64,000 bases of DNA from Eledone cirrhosa (taxonomy: Eukaryota). Position 1 is the stretch's first letter. Every line of letters starts with the position of its first letter. Below are positions 1 to 11,980 of this stretch, piece by piece. The translations under genes were made by a program, and so were the position numbers. The stretch lies in assembly GCA_964016885.1 (NCBI GenBank), contig OZ024744.1, positions 64,852,001-64,916,000 on the forward strand, given 5' to 3'. The notes beneath the pieces are model-generated. The model was not told where the DNA came from and did no database searches. It worked only from the letters and a program-made list of their open reading frames with translations.

Positions 1-222
1 TGTCTAAGAGAAGGTCATGTACTCTCAGTTTTTTAACACCTCATAAAACCAGAATAGCCATTCTGACCTGATGAGCCACTAGACAAACTTCAACTTTTGT
101 TGTTGTTTTTTTAAACAGAGAAATAAATGTATGAATATTGTAGAGCTAATCAGAAAGACTATCATTTACAAAGGCCTATATAATTGGCTTTGTATTTTCA
201 TGGAACATTCCAGCTACTATTT

Positions 223-405
223 AGGTGGATTGGCAGTATCGGTAGAGGGTCTGACGCCATGCTTTGCAGCAAAGAGTTACACCTCTTTATGGTCTGAGTT
301 CAAATCCCGCCGAGATTAACTCCTTACAGAGGGGTAGATAAAATAAAGTACCAGTAATACACTGGGGTAATTGCTGGCCTTGTGCCTAAAGTAGAAACAA
401 TTATT
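223..405 (+). mobile_element. tRNA-derived SINE with MetaSINE-like central domain (family A). About 20 more copies: ~1359, 1587, 12764, 15203(-), 15413(-), 16081, 16300, 16615, 19360(-), 19552(-), 20950(-), 21068(-), 33470(-), 49254, 49461(-), 50153, 50369, 50510(-), 51880(-), 52180, 55675(-), 61448
   Basis: Box A-like TGGCAGTATCGGTAG and box B GAGTTCAAATCCC. Family core GCCTTTCATCCTTACGGGGTCGATAAAATAAAGTACCAG (partly deleted in this copy). 3' end GTAGAAACAATT(ATT)n. Many near-identical copies. Confidence 0.88.
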
Positions 406-449
406 ATTTTTATTGTTTTTCCTTTTCCTTCATTATTGTTTCTGATATA

Positions 450-1357
450 AACCGAGTGTCTTCCTGACACCTAGGGCAAATACATTCACTGTATACATTG
501 GTAAGCCAGTTAATACATGACATTGCATATAATTTACAGCTTATCATTCTTACAGAGGGATAGCATTCTTACAGAGATAGTGCTCTACTCACATGCACAC
601 ATCCACAGAAGGAGGGATACCATTCTCACAGAGATAGTGCTCTTCTCAACACGTGTGCAGTACCAGTCAAAACAATATTTTGCACCTCTTGCAGAGAGAG
701 TAAAACAGGAATCATTTGCAAATACTGTTTGTTCCTTTCTTGACCACAATCACTGGTATTGCAACGGCCTTGAGGTGCCACATTTTGTCGATTCCAATAA
801 GCAGATCTTTATATTTTCATAGCTTGTCAAATTCTTTTGCTGCGATATTGTGATCACAGGAGATGCTCATATCTATCAATAAACAGACCTTGCTATGTTG
901 GTCTTTTACAATGATATCTGGTCTATTTGCTTTTATGGTCCAGTCAGTATGTACAGGAAAGTCCCAAAGAATTGTTACTTTTTCTCCTTCAATTACAGCC
1001 TCAGGGTGATGATTGTACCACTTGTCAGCAGCTTTGATTTCATGATGCCGACATATTACCCAGTGTAGATATTGGCCAACTCTGTTATGCCTATAATTGT
1101 ACTCTACTGGGGGTAAAACTTTACATCCTGAGACTAGGTGGTCCACTGTTTCAGCCTCAACATTGCAGAATCGGCACTTTGGATTTACTCCATTTCTCAT
1201 CACATTGGCCTGCTAATTCCAAGTCAGTAAGCTTGGAACTAGGGCAGCTAAGATGAAGCCTTCACTCTCTGCTTTTAGCCCTGAGCTACGTAGCCACTGA
1301 TAGGTGGTGTACTTTTGGTCAACATCAGCTTGTTTGCTACGGGACACATATTTGCTC
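450..1357 (-). mobile_element. R4/Dong-clade non-LTR retrotransposon, 5'-truncated 3' part (CCHC knuckle plus restriction-like endonuclease), degraded
   Basis: ORF 817..1203 has CRFCNVEAETVDHLVSGC, RHNRVGQYLHW, WDFPVHTD and NRPDIIV..CLLIDMS. Upstream QWLRSSGLKAESEGFILAA. Reading on past a stop gives KYKDLLIGIDKMW...QNIVLTGTAHVLRRALSL*. Confidence 0.88.
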
Positions 1358-1548
1358 ACGGATTGGCAGTATCGGTAGAGTGTCAGGACATCAAGCTTTG
1401 CAGCATGGAGTTGTGGCCCTTTATGATATGAGTTCAAATCCCGCTGAGGTTAACTTGCCCCTCCCCCCAAATTGATGGCCTTGTGCCTATACAAGAAACA
1501 ATTATTATTATTATTATTATCATTATTATTATTGTTATTGTTATTGTT

Positions 1549-1584
<36 letters not shown>

Positions 1585-1822
1585 GGAGGGTTGGACATGC
1601 TTTCCAGCATAGTTATGTTCCTTTACGATCTGAGTTCAAATCCCGCTGAGGTTAACTTTGCCTTACATCATTACGTGGACGATAAAATAAAGTATCAGTA
1701 ATGCACTAGGGTCGATTTAATCGAATTTCCCCTCCCCCCAAATTACTGGCCTTGTACCTAAATAAGAAACCATTATTATCATCATTATTATCATTATTGT
1801 TATTATTATTGTTGTTATTATT

Positions 1823-1860
<38 letters not shown>

Positions 1861-2288
1861 CGTTATTATAAATAGTTTATTTAGTTTCCTCCTTCATTCT
1901 TGTTGTTTAGTAATTGTTATGAAAATTAGACAGGTCATTAAATACATACACTTAGGTTCGCTGTTATTATCTGTGTGTATGTGTGCGTGTGCGTGTGTGT
2001 GCATACATGTGTAGGCGTCACAATACATACATAAATACATACATATATACTTACACACACAGACACACACATAATACATGCACATGCACACATACATACA
2101 TACATGGCATGTAATACAGTCACGTTGGCATAAAGAACTATTTATTCTTTTGTATAATGAATACTATCCCCTACAACGTTTGCCATAAATACAACAAGCC
2201 TGGTAAAAAAAATGTGGTTTTCTTCTTTGGATAAATGCAAAGGAGTGTTGTTTTTTTTGTTTTCTTTTAGAAATAATAATAGCAGTAA

Positions 2289-2488
2289 TTAACCTTTTCA
2301 TTACAATATGTCTCATGAAAGATACTGCCTATATTTTCAAGAATTTGGAAGGATTTATTTATCTAAATAGTTTTCTCATTATTAAGTTGGTGTTTGGAGC
2401 ATAACTTAACAAAAGCTCTTATGATGGAAAGTTTTAGTCAAACATTTATATCATAGAACCAGAGACTGTTTGGTATGAAAATGGTTAA
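2289..2488. mobile_element. Older TTAA-bounded MITE family 2. Related segments at ~3205-3608, 15580-15865, 17050-17270, 55510-56135, 63130-63310
   Basis: TTAACCTTTTCATTAC...ATGAAAATGGTTAA ends. Shared internal GAATTTGGAAGGATTTAG and ATTAAGTTGGTGTTTGGAACATAACTTAACAAA. Confidence 0.6.
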
Positions 2489-2905
2489 ATAACCTTTACT
2501 ATGGAATGGAATGAAATCGAAAACATAATTGAAATTTTTAGTATAATGAAACAAGTTTGTGTGTTTCACTTTAAAAAGCCTTAACTATGGCAGGGAAATT
2601 ATGAAATAATCGATATATTTAACAATATGAAACAGTTTTATAAAAATATATAAATTTATGCAACAAAATAGAAATAGGAATATATATAAACTTTGATAAC
2701 TTTGATAGGTTTCGGCCAGCATTGGTCCAGGCCATGTCTAACTTAATAGCACCACCTGGCAGAATATATAAAGCATGGAATTTCCACCAGTCTCAGTATA
2801 TATTTTTTGTTATTATTTCATTAGTTTCAGGAGATAATTCTGGCAATGTTTCAGTATTATCCTGAATTTGGAGGGATTTAGTAACATGACTAACTTTCTC
2901 ATTAT

Positions 2906-3122
2906 TAACCCTTTAGCATTTAAACTGGCTGTATCTGGCCAGAATTCTCTCACTTCTTTCTGTTCAAACTGGCTCTAACTGACTGCTCATACTGATGTTA
3001 AGGTATTGTTCTCAAAATAAATAATATCAAAATCTCATAGATGTGAGATAATTATGTGAGGTAAAGTGTTTACCATGAAAATATAATAGTAAATATAGCG
3101 TAGTGTAAATGTTAAAGGGTTG
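2906..3122. mobile_element. piggyBac-type MITE family 1 (~230 bp). Other copies: 5311-5539, 16567-16989, ~25455-25661, 33758-33980, 36907-37132, 52424-52637, 58301-58841, 61083-61310
   Basis: Termini TTAA-CCCTTTAGCATTTA...TAAATGCTAAAGGG-TTAA. The copies at 5311 and 61083 split older elements exactly at a TTAA. Confidence 0.85.
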
Positions 3123-3654
3123 AGTTGGCATTTGAAACATAACTTAACAAAGGTTGTTACATAGAATTATGATAAATGAAGGGTTTTAGATAAATATAAA
3201 CACTTCAACCTTTTTATTACCATATTCCTAACGAAAGATACTGCTTATCATCTATAAATAATCAAGAATTTGGAAGGATTTAGCAACAGGACTAACTTTC
3301 TCATTATTAAGTTGGTGTTTGGAACATAACTCAACAATGATAGAGGAAGGGTTTTAGATAAACCTTAATATTTTGATCTTTTATTACCATATTTCTAATG
3401 ATTTTCAAACAATTAAGAATTTGGAGGGATTTAGTAACTTAACTAACTTTCCTGTTATTAAGTTGGTGTTTTGAACAAAACTTAAAAAAGGTTCTCGCAT
3501 AAAATTATGACAGAGGAAGGGTTTTAGATAAATATAACCACTGTTTAAACAAACATTTTATATTGTAAAACCAGGGCAGTTTCAAGCAGTTTGGTGTCAA
3601 AAGAGATAAGCAGCAAAATTAAACTGATTACATAGCACAAGAGGACATAATAAA

Positions 3655-3960
3655 GACCCCTTCGATCATGAATGACCATGAGATTTGTACCTAGAAAGTT
3701 CCCCTCCAAGGCACAAGTCTAGGAAAGGTTGTTTGTGGAAGACCAGCAGTTGCCCATGCATACCAGTCACCCCTCTCTATGTTACCAATGTTGTCCAAGA
3801 GAAAGGCTATGGCCGATACAGCTTGGCACCAGTGACGATGCAACTCATTTCTATAGCTGAGTGAACTGGAGCAACATGAAATAAAGTGTTGTCCAAGAAT
3901 CGAACTCACAACCTCCCAATCTTAAGCCCAACACCCTAACCACTAAGCCATGCACCTTGA
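3655..3960 (-). mobile_element. tRNA-derived CORE-like SINE (family B); second copy 34160-34490(-)
   Basis: Minus strand shows box A TGGCTTAGTGG and box B GAGTTCGATTC, then ACACTTTATTTCATGTTGCTCCAGTTCACTCAGCT. The two copies align over ~300 bp. Confidence 0.75.
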
Positions 3961-4212
3961 CAAAAGACATAGTACTACATTTACTATGGCATGACAAGAA
4001 GCCAAGTCTTAGCTATCACATATTGCAAAAACTACCAAGAAAAATTTCAATAGACTTATAAATTGAGTCAAGATCTGTATTCATTTTTACAAAAAGGCTA
4101 GGTTACATGAAAACAATGGAAAACTACAGGGATGTGAAATAATCGATCTACTTGAAATTCACTGTAAATTAAGTGACATGTTTGTTGAGAAGATAAAAAA
4201 TGAAATATGATG

Positions 4213-4393
4213 CTGACCTGTCAACTCTCCCTGTCCTGTTCAACGGGGAGATGTCTTCTCTTGTGAAAATGGGTATAGCTTTCATTATGTAAAGTCTCCC
4301 CATTTTGCCTCATTTCTCTCCATTTTGGGGCACTTTTTTTACATGGTACTCCCCGTTTGCTTGGAAAGGCATCATCAGAGGTTGGCAGGTCTA
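4213..4393. mobile_element. hAT-like MITE
   Basis: Imperfect terminal inverted repeats GACCTGTCAAC / GTTGGCAGGTC bounding ~180 bp. Confidence 0.55.
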
Positions 4394-4529
4394 GTGATGC
4401 CTTTCCAAGCAAAAACAGTCACCAAAAATTCACATAAGAAAATTTAAGGAAAAAAAAACGAAAATGAAATATGGTTATTGTAAAATCTATAACAACACCA
4501 TTACCAACACCACCACCAACAACAACAAC

Positions 4530-5040
4530 ACCATTACTGCCACCTCAGAGAAACTGCCTCCATTACACAGACATGCAATGCAATGTCCACATATAGAAAT
4601 GAGTGAAGAATACAAGACACTCAAAGTACGGCTCATTTCAAGATTTCAGCAGTACTTCATCACCTACATCAACAAAGCACTACATGAAAGAATGATTCTG
4701 GCAAGAGTTGATTGAAAACCTACTAACTTTATATTATATTGGATTGATCAAGTTGCCAACGTATACCTGACACAAATTGAAGAATCTCCCAGCCTTTGGA
4801 CATTGAATGTTTTACTATCTTGTGTTATAGGAATCATTCGCCAAACAGATGAAAATAACAGAGATCAATGCAAATGATAACACAAAACCAAAATGGATTA
4901 CCACTTCCCAAAAAAACATCAACAGGATCAGGAAAAATATCAGAAAGTTGGATATTATTATCAGATGCATAAATGAATAATGATTTCACAAACCACCAGC
5001 TGTTGCTTTATGATTCACTATCTAAAATGTATGGATATTT
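4530..5040 (+). mobile_element. Degraded N-terminal fragment of a probable R4/Dong LINE ORF
   Basis: Broken frames read LWTLNVLLS and KPKWITTSQKNINRIRKNIRKL, resembling the pre-RT region of R4 elements. Confidence 0.4.
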
Positions 5041-5125
5041 TTGATAGTGAACTAATGGCAAACTAATGCAGATCTTATAGCTCTTGTATCTTGGTTATAG
5101 ATTTTCATTTATACCTATTATAATA

Positions 5126-5640
5126 GGTGCATGGCTTAGTGGTTAAGGTGTTGGACTTATCATCATAATGTTGTGGGTTCAATTCCTGGACCAGGTGGCC
5201 TGTTGTGTTCTTGTGCAAAGCACTTCATTTCATATTATTCCTGTATACTCAGCTAAAAATAAACACCACCAGTAGCTGGTGGTTGACCCTGCAATGGACT
5301 GGTGTCCCGTTTAACCCTTTACCATTTACATTATTCTATATTTACTATTATATTTTCATGGTAAAGGCTTTACTTCACATAATTATTTCAAATAATTTTA
5401 AATCTATGAGATTTTGATATTATTTATTTTGAGAACAATACCTTAACATAAGTATGAGTGGCTGGTTACGGCCAGTTTGAACAGAAAGAGGTGAGAGAAT
5501 TCTGGTTGGATATGACTGGTTTAAATGCTAAAGGGTTAAGGAGGACTTTTGTACTCTCAGTTACTTAATGCTGATGAAAAATGAACCCAGAGATAATCAC
5601 TGGCCTGATGAACATGACGGACTGCGACAGACTTTAACAT
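5126..5640 (+). mobile_element. V-domain-like tRNA-SINE interrupted by a piggyBac MITE (5311-5539)
   Basis: Box A TGGCTTAGTGG, box B GGTTCAATTCC, V-like CCCTGCAATGGACTGGTGTCCCGT. The element resumes after the MITE. Confidence 0.6.
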
Positions 5641-6832
5641 TAACTTTTTAATTATAGGTGCACCAGGCTATGTAACAACATATTTGTAGTCAACTAAGAC
5701 CATGAATTGCCTTGAACATAAATGCATCCAGATTAAATCAAAGGCAACCATGAACTTAAGCAACCATAAACAATGCCCCTGCAATCAACCCCAAACACAA
5801 GAATCATACTGCTTAAGAAAGAGATAAATCATGTACTTAATTCTAACTATGTCACCACCTCCCAGTAAACCAACCAGTGACCTGCACCAATTACTGGTAT
5901 GGAGATGACAAACATGATCAGACTACAGCCATCATATCACATAGTTTCTATATAATAGTTATCTGCAGTGACTTTGACCCCATATGTAATTGGCATGGAG
6001 CTTACACAACCGGTGCTACTCTTAGGAACTGCCACTAACCCAAACCCCTTACAAACCTCACATGGAACAGCAAGGCACATATCTCTAACTCTATGGCTCA
6101 ACTGCCAGAACCTAAAATAACTCACCTCAGTTGATACTCTACAACAAGGGTTCCCAACCTTTTTTTATGTCATCGGCATAGCAAATATTGCTCACCTGTA
6201 TAGCAAATATTCAAAAACATACCAAAGTTGTTTGGTAAAAGTTTGTTACTGGTTCTTTATTCCCATTTATACAAGTTATTTGCTTATCTCCTTTGAACAT
6301 TGTTTTTCAGGTTTTTCGTGTAGGTGTCACGACAAAAAAACACACAGTCCATGCTGTAATGTGGTTGTGTAGGTAACACAGTAAAAAGTTCCCAGTCCAC
6401 ACTGTAAAGGTGTTAGGAAGGGCATCCAGCCATAGAAAACCTCCCAGATGGTCCTATACGAGTGAGACCAATCTTACCTCAAGTATATACGAGCGACAAA
6501 TGACCGGCTTTGCCAAATTCAAATAAAAAAGAAAATTTTCGCTCTACATGGCTGAATACAATAAATGTAATCTGAGTTTTTCAAAAAACTCAGATTACAT
6601 TTATTGTACATTATTTGAATTTGGCAAAGCCGGCCATGTGTCGTTCGTATACAGGAAACTGACTGGACAGTCTGCTGATATGCAAATCTGGCTGATCAGT
6701 GGATCTGCTAATATGCAGATCTAACTGATCAGCTAGTCTGCTAATATGCAAATCAGGCCAATCAGTCACTGTGTATTTTTGAAAATACCATATATTTTCA
6801 CTAGCTCTGACACTTTGACAGGTGAACAGTGA

Positions 6833-6878
6833 GCTGTACTGATGAAGGGTGATACCCAGAAACATTAGTGTCTGCAGT
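6833..6878 (+). ncRNA. Minimal type I hammerhead ribozyme with canonical core
   Basis: GCTGTA-CTGATGA-aGGGT gat ACCCa-GAAA-CA ttag TG-TC-TGCAGT. Core CUGAUGA/GAAA, helices I-III all pair, GUC cleavage triplet at 6870-6872. Confidence 0.85.
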
Positions 6879-7130
6879 TCTGTTCGCATGCCAACACAAG
6901 AGCAAGAATGAAGTGTTCATTCTACTGACATGGCTATAAAATTGAGGCTTGTTTGCATAATTGCAAACGAATCGAATGTTATTAATATTCGATAAACTCA
7001 GATTACATTTATTGTATTCAGCCATGTAGAGAGAAACTTTTCTTTTTTATATATATTTATTAAAATAACAGATTAAAGTTCAAGCTAAGAATCGCTGCTT
7101 TCACCCTTAACGGCATCTTCTGAAAATTCT

Positions 7131-7183
7131 GAGTTTCAGAAGATCCCGTTAAGGGTGAAAGCAGCGATCCTTTGCTTAAACTT
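7131..7183 (+). ncRNA. Type I hammerhead-like motif with variant core CAGAAGA. Copies: ~7077-7127(-), 21460-21510(+), 23579-23630(-)
   Basis: GAGTTT-CAGAAGA-tCCC gttaa GGGt-GAAA-GCA gcgatcctt TGC-TT-AAACTT. All three helices form in this copy. Confidence 0.6.
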
Positions 7184-7446
7184 TAATCTGTTATTTTATA
7201 CTTATTTTATCCCATTCGAGCCCTCTTCAGATTTTAGTCTTCACATTTATTATTTTACTATATATATATATATACACAGTATATAGAGGTATATATATAC
7301 AGTATATATATACAGTATATATATACAGTATATATATACAGTATATAGAGGTATATATATATATATATACAGTATATAGAGGTATATATATAACATGTAA
7401 TAATCAATTTAAATACTGTAAAGCTACTGACAATAAATTGTTGTAG

Positions 7447-7499
7447 AAAAAAAGGACTTTTTAAATTCTGCAAAAGCAGAATGGAATCCCATAACGAAG
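7447..7499 (+). other. Candidate 53-nt host exon
   Basis: Branch-point-like TACTGAC just upstream, acceptor TTGTAG, donor AAG|GTATGT. One open frame reads KKDFLNSAKAEWNPITK. Lies in apparently unique sequence. Confidence 0.4.
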
Positions 7500-8074
7500 G
7501 TATGTTTTTGGCTTGTATTTATGCTGCAAAAGAAGGAATCCAGGGCCTGAAAGAGCCCACAAAAATGCAAATTTCAAACTTAGACAATTTTCTTTTTCTT
7601 TGTGAGATTGTTCATATCTGCAGAAGCTTGTTCATATATAGGACATATGTAAGGTGGGAACTTGCTGTATTATATAATCAACAAACGAAGTCCTAGAATA
7701 AAAGCCTTGAAATGCAGCAGTTCTATAAAAAAGAACAAAGTAAACTGACTTGCATCCTCCAAATCCGGTCCAAGTAGTTTTTAAATTTTTTCATTCAAGT
7801 TTTCTCAAATGCAAATATGTGTCGAGGCAATTGTGTGCATGTAACTTACACACACATATGCAGAGTGTAATACTACATACACACTCACACTTATGTACTA
7901 AAGTGACATGTACACCCATAGTAAACATTAGCTCACTTACATTTAGAAATCTCTGGAAATGCCTTAACACAAACAATAGGCTTTGTCATTTTCTTATTGA
8001 CATATATATATATGTCATTTCACTTTATAATATATATATAAATATATTTTATATATATATATACACATATACAC

Positions 8075-8144
<70 letters not shown>

Positions 8145-8367
8145 GTAGGAGGTGAGTTTTATTGTAGTACAATAAAGCAATGCAGATATCGGATAAGTAG
8201 CACTCTACAGTTTGTAGGACTGGAGTATAAATAATATATAAGATCAAAAGACGGTTAAAAGAGTTCCATATATTTTATTATGCGCATTTCAAAAACAAAT
8301 ATCATCATGCAATGACATTTGCGTTTTCGCAAAATAGGGAGACATGATATGAAGGTTAAAAAACACT

Positions 8368-8419
8368 TGTGAATAGTGCAGTTTTAAATCAACATATGTT
8401 GATTTAAAACTGCACTATT

Positions 8420-8423
<4 letters not shown>
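8368..8423. repeat. Perfect 56-bp palindrome
   Basis: TGTGAATAGTGCAGTTTTAAATCAACAT|ATGTTGATTTAAAACTGCACTATTCACA. Confidence 0.95.
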
Positions 8424-8465
<42 letters not shown>

Positions 8466-8633
8466 TAAAGTTCATACACTTAACATGTAAGCTCAACCTT
8501 AGGTTTCGGAGCACAGTTATGGCTACCACTGTATAGTGGAATAGTGGTTCTAAAAGTGACCTCTCACATCAGGCACAAAGATAAATTTATGCATGTATGT
8601 ATAAGGTGGAGTGATGCATATTTTACATATGCT

Positions 8634-10900
8634 TTATCTTTCGCCTGTGGCCGTGGGAAGCCAGGTCATCTGTATTACTGTGTAATGCCAGAGATCCCGG
8701 TCCTGTGTCACCACCTTTGAGAGGTGCAATTGTGTAATGTCAGCTTCCATCATCTTGTCCCAAGTCTTCATGATCCACCCCACTCCACGGCTTCCATCAT
8801 ATTTGAGAATTCTGTACGTTTTTATGCAACTGTTATCCTTCATATGCATCACATGTCTAAATCAGCGCAATCTCCTCTCCTGCACACTGCATCTGATTCC
8901 TCTTATGCCTAGTTCTTCTCTCAGTAAGTTTATGCTTTGCCATTCACGTATATTACTATTACAGTCTGCCTTTCATTTTGAGGGAAAAGCCTTTTGCAGC
9001 TAGTGGCGGTTGTAGCTCCCTGAACTTCTTCCATCCCATTCTTAGTCTGGCAACTATACTTTCAGAACACCCACCTCTCCTGTTAATTTGATCACCCGGG
9101 TATCAGAAGCTGTCTAATATTTCTACAGAGCCCTCCCAGACTTTCATGCCACTTGTTTCCTGTGGCTGTTTGCTGCTTATTGTCCTGGTGCAACTGCTAC
9201 ATGTAAAGCCTACATTCTTAGCTAAACTTCCTGAGATCCCACTACATCTCTTGTGTACCCATAGTTTGCATTTGGGGCAGAGGATGGCATTTCTACCTAC
9301 ACCTTCCCTACATACTGAGCAAGGCCATTTACCCGAGGAGTTTCCACAGGCAGCCAGTCTTAAACTCCTCTGTTATAGTCTGTAGTATGATAATTAACAG
9401 AGAGGGCTAAGAACAGAGCCCTAGCAGATGCCCACCTGTGTGCTAAATTCCTCACTATAGTCATTGTGAATCCTAACTTTGCTGACTGCCCCCTGTACAT
9501 GACTTATACTCATCTACTCCTAGTTTTCTAAGAGTCCATGAGATTATGGTGTGGGGCACTCTGTCGAAAGCTTTTTCCAGATCGACAAATGCCAGGTAGA
9601 GCAGCTTAATTTTAGCTAGGTATTTGTCCTGTAATTGCCTCACAAGGAAGAGAGCATCTGTGGTGCTTTTGCCTGGTACAAATCCAAACTGCATCTAGTT
9701 TTACTCGGTCCCTAACCAACTGTGCTACATCTCTTTTTGTTACTTTCATGACCTGGTCCATCAGCTTGATACTTCTATAGTTTCCTATATCTAGTGCATC
9801 TCCTTTACCCTTGTAGAAGTTGACAATGATGCTACTGCGCCAATCTTTTGGTATGACACCCTCTAGTATTACTTGGTTTACAATATGTGTGGGTATGGTG
9901 TGACCTACCGACCCAGATACTTTCAACATCTCTGCAACTATTCCTGATGGACTGGCTGCTTTCCAGGTCTTCATATCCTTAATGGTCTTACTACTCTGAT
10001 GCTGACTTGTATGGCTGGGCTCTCTATGGGGTCCACTTGAGGTAAGGTCCCTTTCTCCCATACATTCTCCTCATTCAGTAATCTTTCATAATGGTTCTTC
10101 CATGCAGCTTTCTTCTTGGTGCCTGTGAGGGCAAGTGAGCCTTTATCATCCCGGGCACATTTCTTACCAATGACATTGGTAAGAACGTACTGCTTCGCAA
10201 TTCTGAACACCTCCTGTTTCTGGTCCTCATGCTGCAAAACATACTTGAATTTTTTATCCTCTGCTTCTCTTCTAGCTAAGTATACTTGTTGTCTAGCTTC
10301 CTGTCTGGCATCTATGTAGTCTACCCTGCTTCTCCTGTGTTTCTATTATACACACATACACACACACATACACACACACAGGCACATATATATATATAGT
10401 TAATAAATGAAACAAAACAAAACAAGAAGCAAAATTACACATATTAGGTTCACGCTGGGAGGAAATGGAAGAGTGTTAACCTTTTCAGACAGAAGTCCTT
10501 CTTCAGGAAAGTTTGAATAAAAAGAGAACAGATGGACATATGAGTAGTGTGAGAAAGTTAGGAAAAGAAGTTAAGAAAAGGAGATTGGGAGGAAAAAGAT
10601 AGGTAGGGGAGTTGGTGGACGAAAGGTGTGACCTGGAGAGGCCAAAGTGGAGGGTATGGGGGTGTCATGGGTGTTGTGTGAGCATGTGTGCCGAAGGAAA
10701 GAAATTAGTAGATGTGTGTGGTTTCTGTCTATGTGTGTGTGTGTGGCCACATGGCTACCCCAGCGTCTTATAAAGTTGATGCGCGCACACTGGTATGTTG
10801 GTGCATTCTTCCCCAGCAAAGGCTTTAGTATTTATTACAGTCCGTTTATCTCATCTCACAAGTAAGTAATCAATCTGGCTTGGGTGTTTGCCTGAAAAAA
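8634..10900 (-). mobile_element. RTE-clade LINE (PHD-containing family), degraded, with an insertion at ~10340-10780
   Basis: RT motifs QFGFVPGKSTTDALFLVRQLQ, AFVDLEKAFDRVP and KGKGDALDIGNYRSIKL. PHD remnant at ~9130-9350. AP-endonuclease tail SQIDYLLVR..FAGEEC at ~10800-10890. Confidence 0.85.
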
Positions 10901-10904
10901 TTGG

Positions 10905-11880
10905 GGTAGCAGGTAGCTAAGAGAGAAGGTAGACAACAAGTATACACAGCTCAGAAAAAGGCCGAAAAAAGAAAGTTTGCCAATGTCATGAGATATGAGG
11001 CTCAGATATGCGAATTGTTCATATTGAAAGACAGTGTGTCAGTGTAAATCAGGATGTTGCAGGAGAAAAGTGTGTTAGAAATGACATTGGTGCATTTATC
11101 GCCCTTGATGCTCAAAAGACAGAAGCTTGGAAATGTTACAATGAGAGATTGATGGATGTAGAGAATGAATGGGAAGAAGCAAAGACTATCCCCAACTTAC
11201 CAAACAGAAGGACCAGCTATTGAAATTGACAGTTAAAGGGTCAAAGAAGCAATGAAAGAGATGAAGGATAATAAAGTTGCAGGACCGTTGCTAAAAGCAT
11301 CTAGTGAAGTAGAAGTCAAAATATTAACCCCCACAGCCAATCAGGTAATACAGGACAAAGTTATACCCAATTAATGGTACTGTAATACAATCATAAATTG
11401 CTATAAAGGAGCAACTCTAGAGGTATAAAACTAATGGACCATGTTAGTGACAGAAAGAGTTATAGCACGGCTAATTAGGGAAAAAGTCAAATTAGACAAG
11501 ATGAAGTTTGGTTTAATGCCTATTAAAAGTACTAGAAATACTCTTTTCCTAGTGAGACAACTACAAGAGAAGTTCCTGACCCAAAATAAGTCTCTGTATT
11601 TAACATTTGTTGATCTAGAAAAGGCTTTAAAGTAGGAAGTGAGGTTAGTGAGGAAGTTCATAATGGTTGGATTCTTAGCCCACTGCTGTTTATCATAGTC
11701 GTCCAGGCCATAACAGAGGAATTTAAAACTGGATGTCCATGTTTACTTCTTTATGCAGACGATGTGGTTCTTATAGCCAAATCCATAAAAAATAGAGAAT
11801 AAGTTCTGCCTATGGCTGCAAAGGACCTGTCCAACCATGTAAGCATGGAAAACGGATGTAAAAACAATGATAATGATGAT
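10905..11880 (+). mobile_element. Degraded RTE-clade LINE of the same family
   Basis: NQDVAGEKCVRND, EAWKCYNERLMDVENEW, FGLMPIKSTRNTLFLVRQLQEK, FVDLEKA, LLYADD. (GAT)n tail. Confidence 0.8.
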
Positions 11881-11945
11881 ATATATATATATATGTATAT
11901 ATATATGTATATATATATGCCTATATATATATATGTATATATATA

Positions 11946-11980
<35 letters not shown>

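Larger units (their letters stand above)
6484..7260. mobile_element. Penelope-like-element-derived fold-back region with nested inverted repeats and hammerheads
   Basis: Inverted pairs 6484-6525/6610-6651, ~6557-6580/6584-6608, ~6520-6580/6995-7050 and 7061-7125/7134-7198. Contains hammerhead motifs and is bounded by TA-rich tracts. Confidence 0.6.

Noticed and set aside
223-320. tRNA genes
   Set aside because: The A/B boxes belong to SINE heads; no complete cloverleaf.
10470-10510. Minus-strand CTGAAGAAGGAC-TTCT-GTCT-GAAA hammerhead-like motif
   Set aside because: Helices I and III do not pair convincingly.
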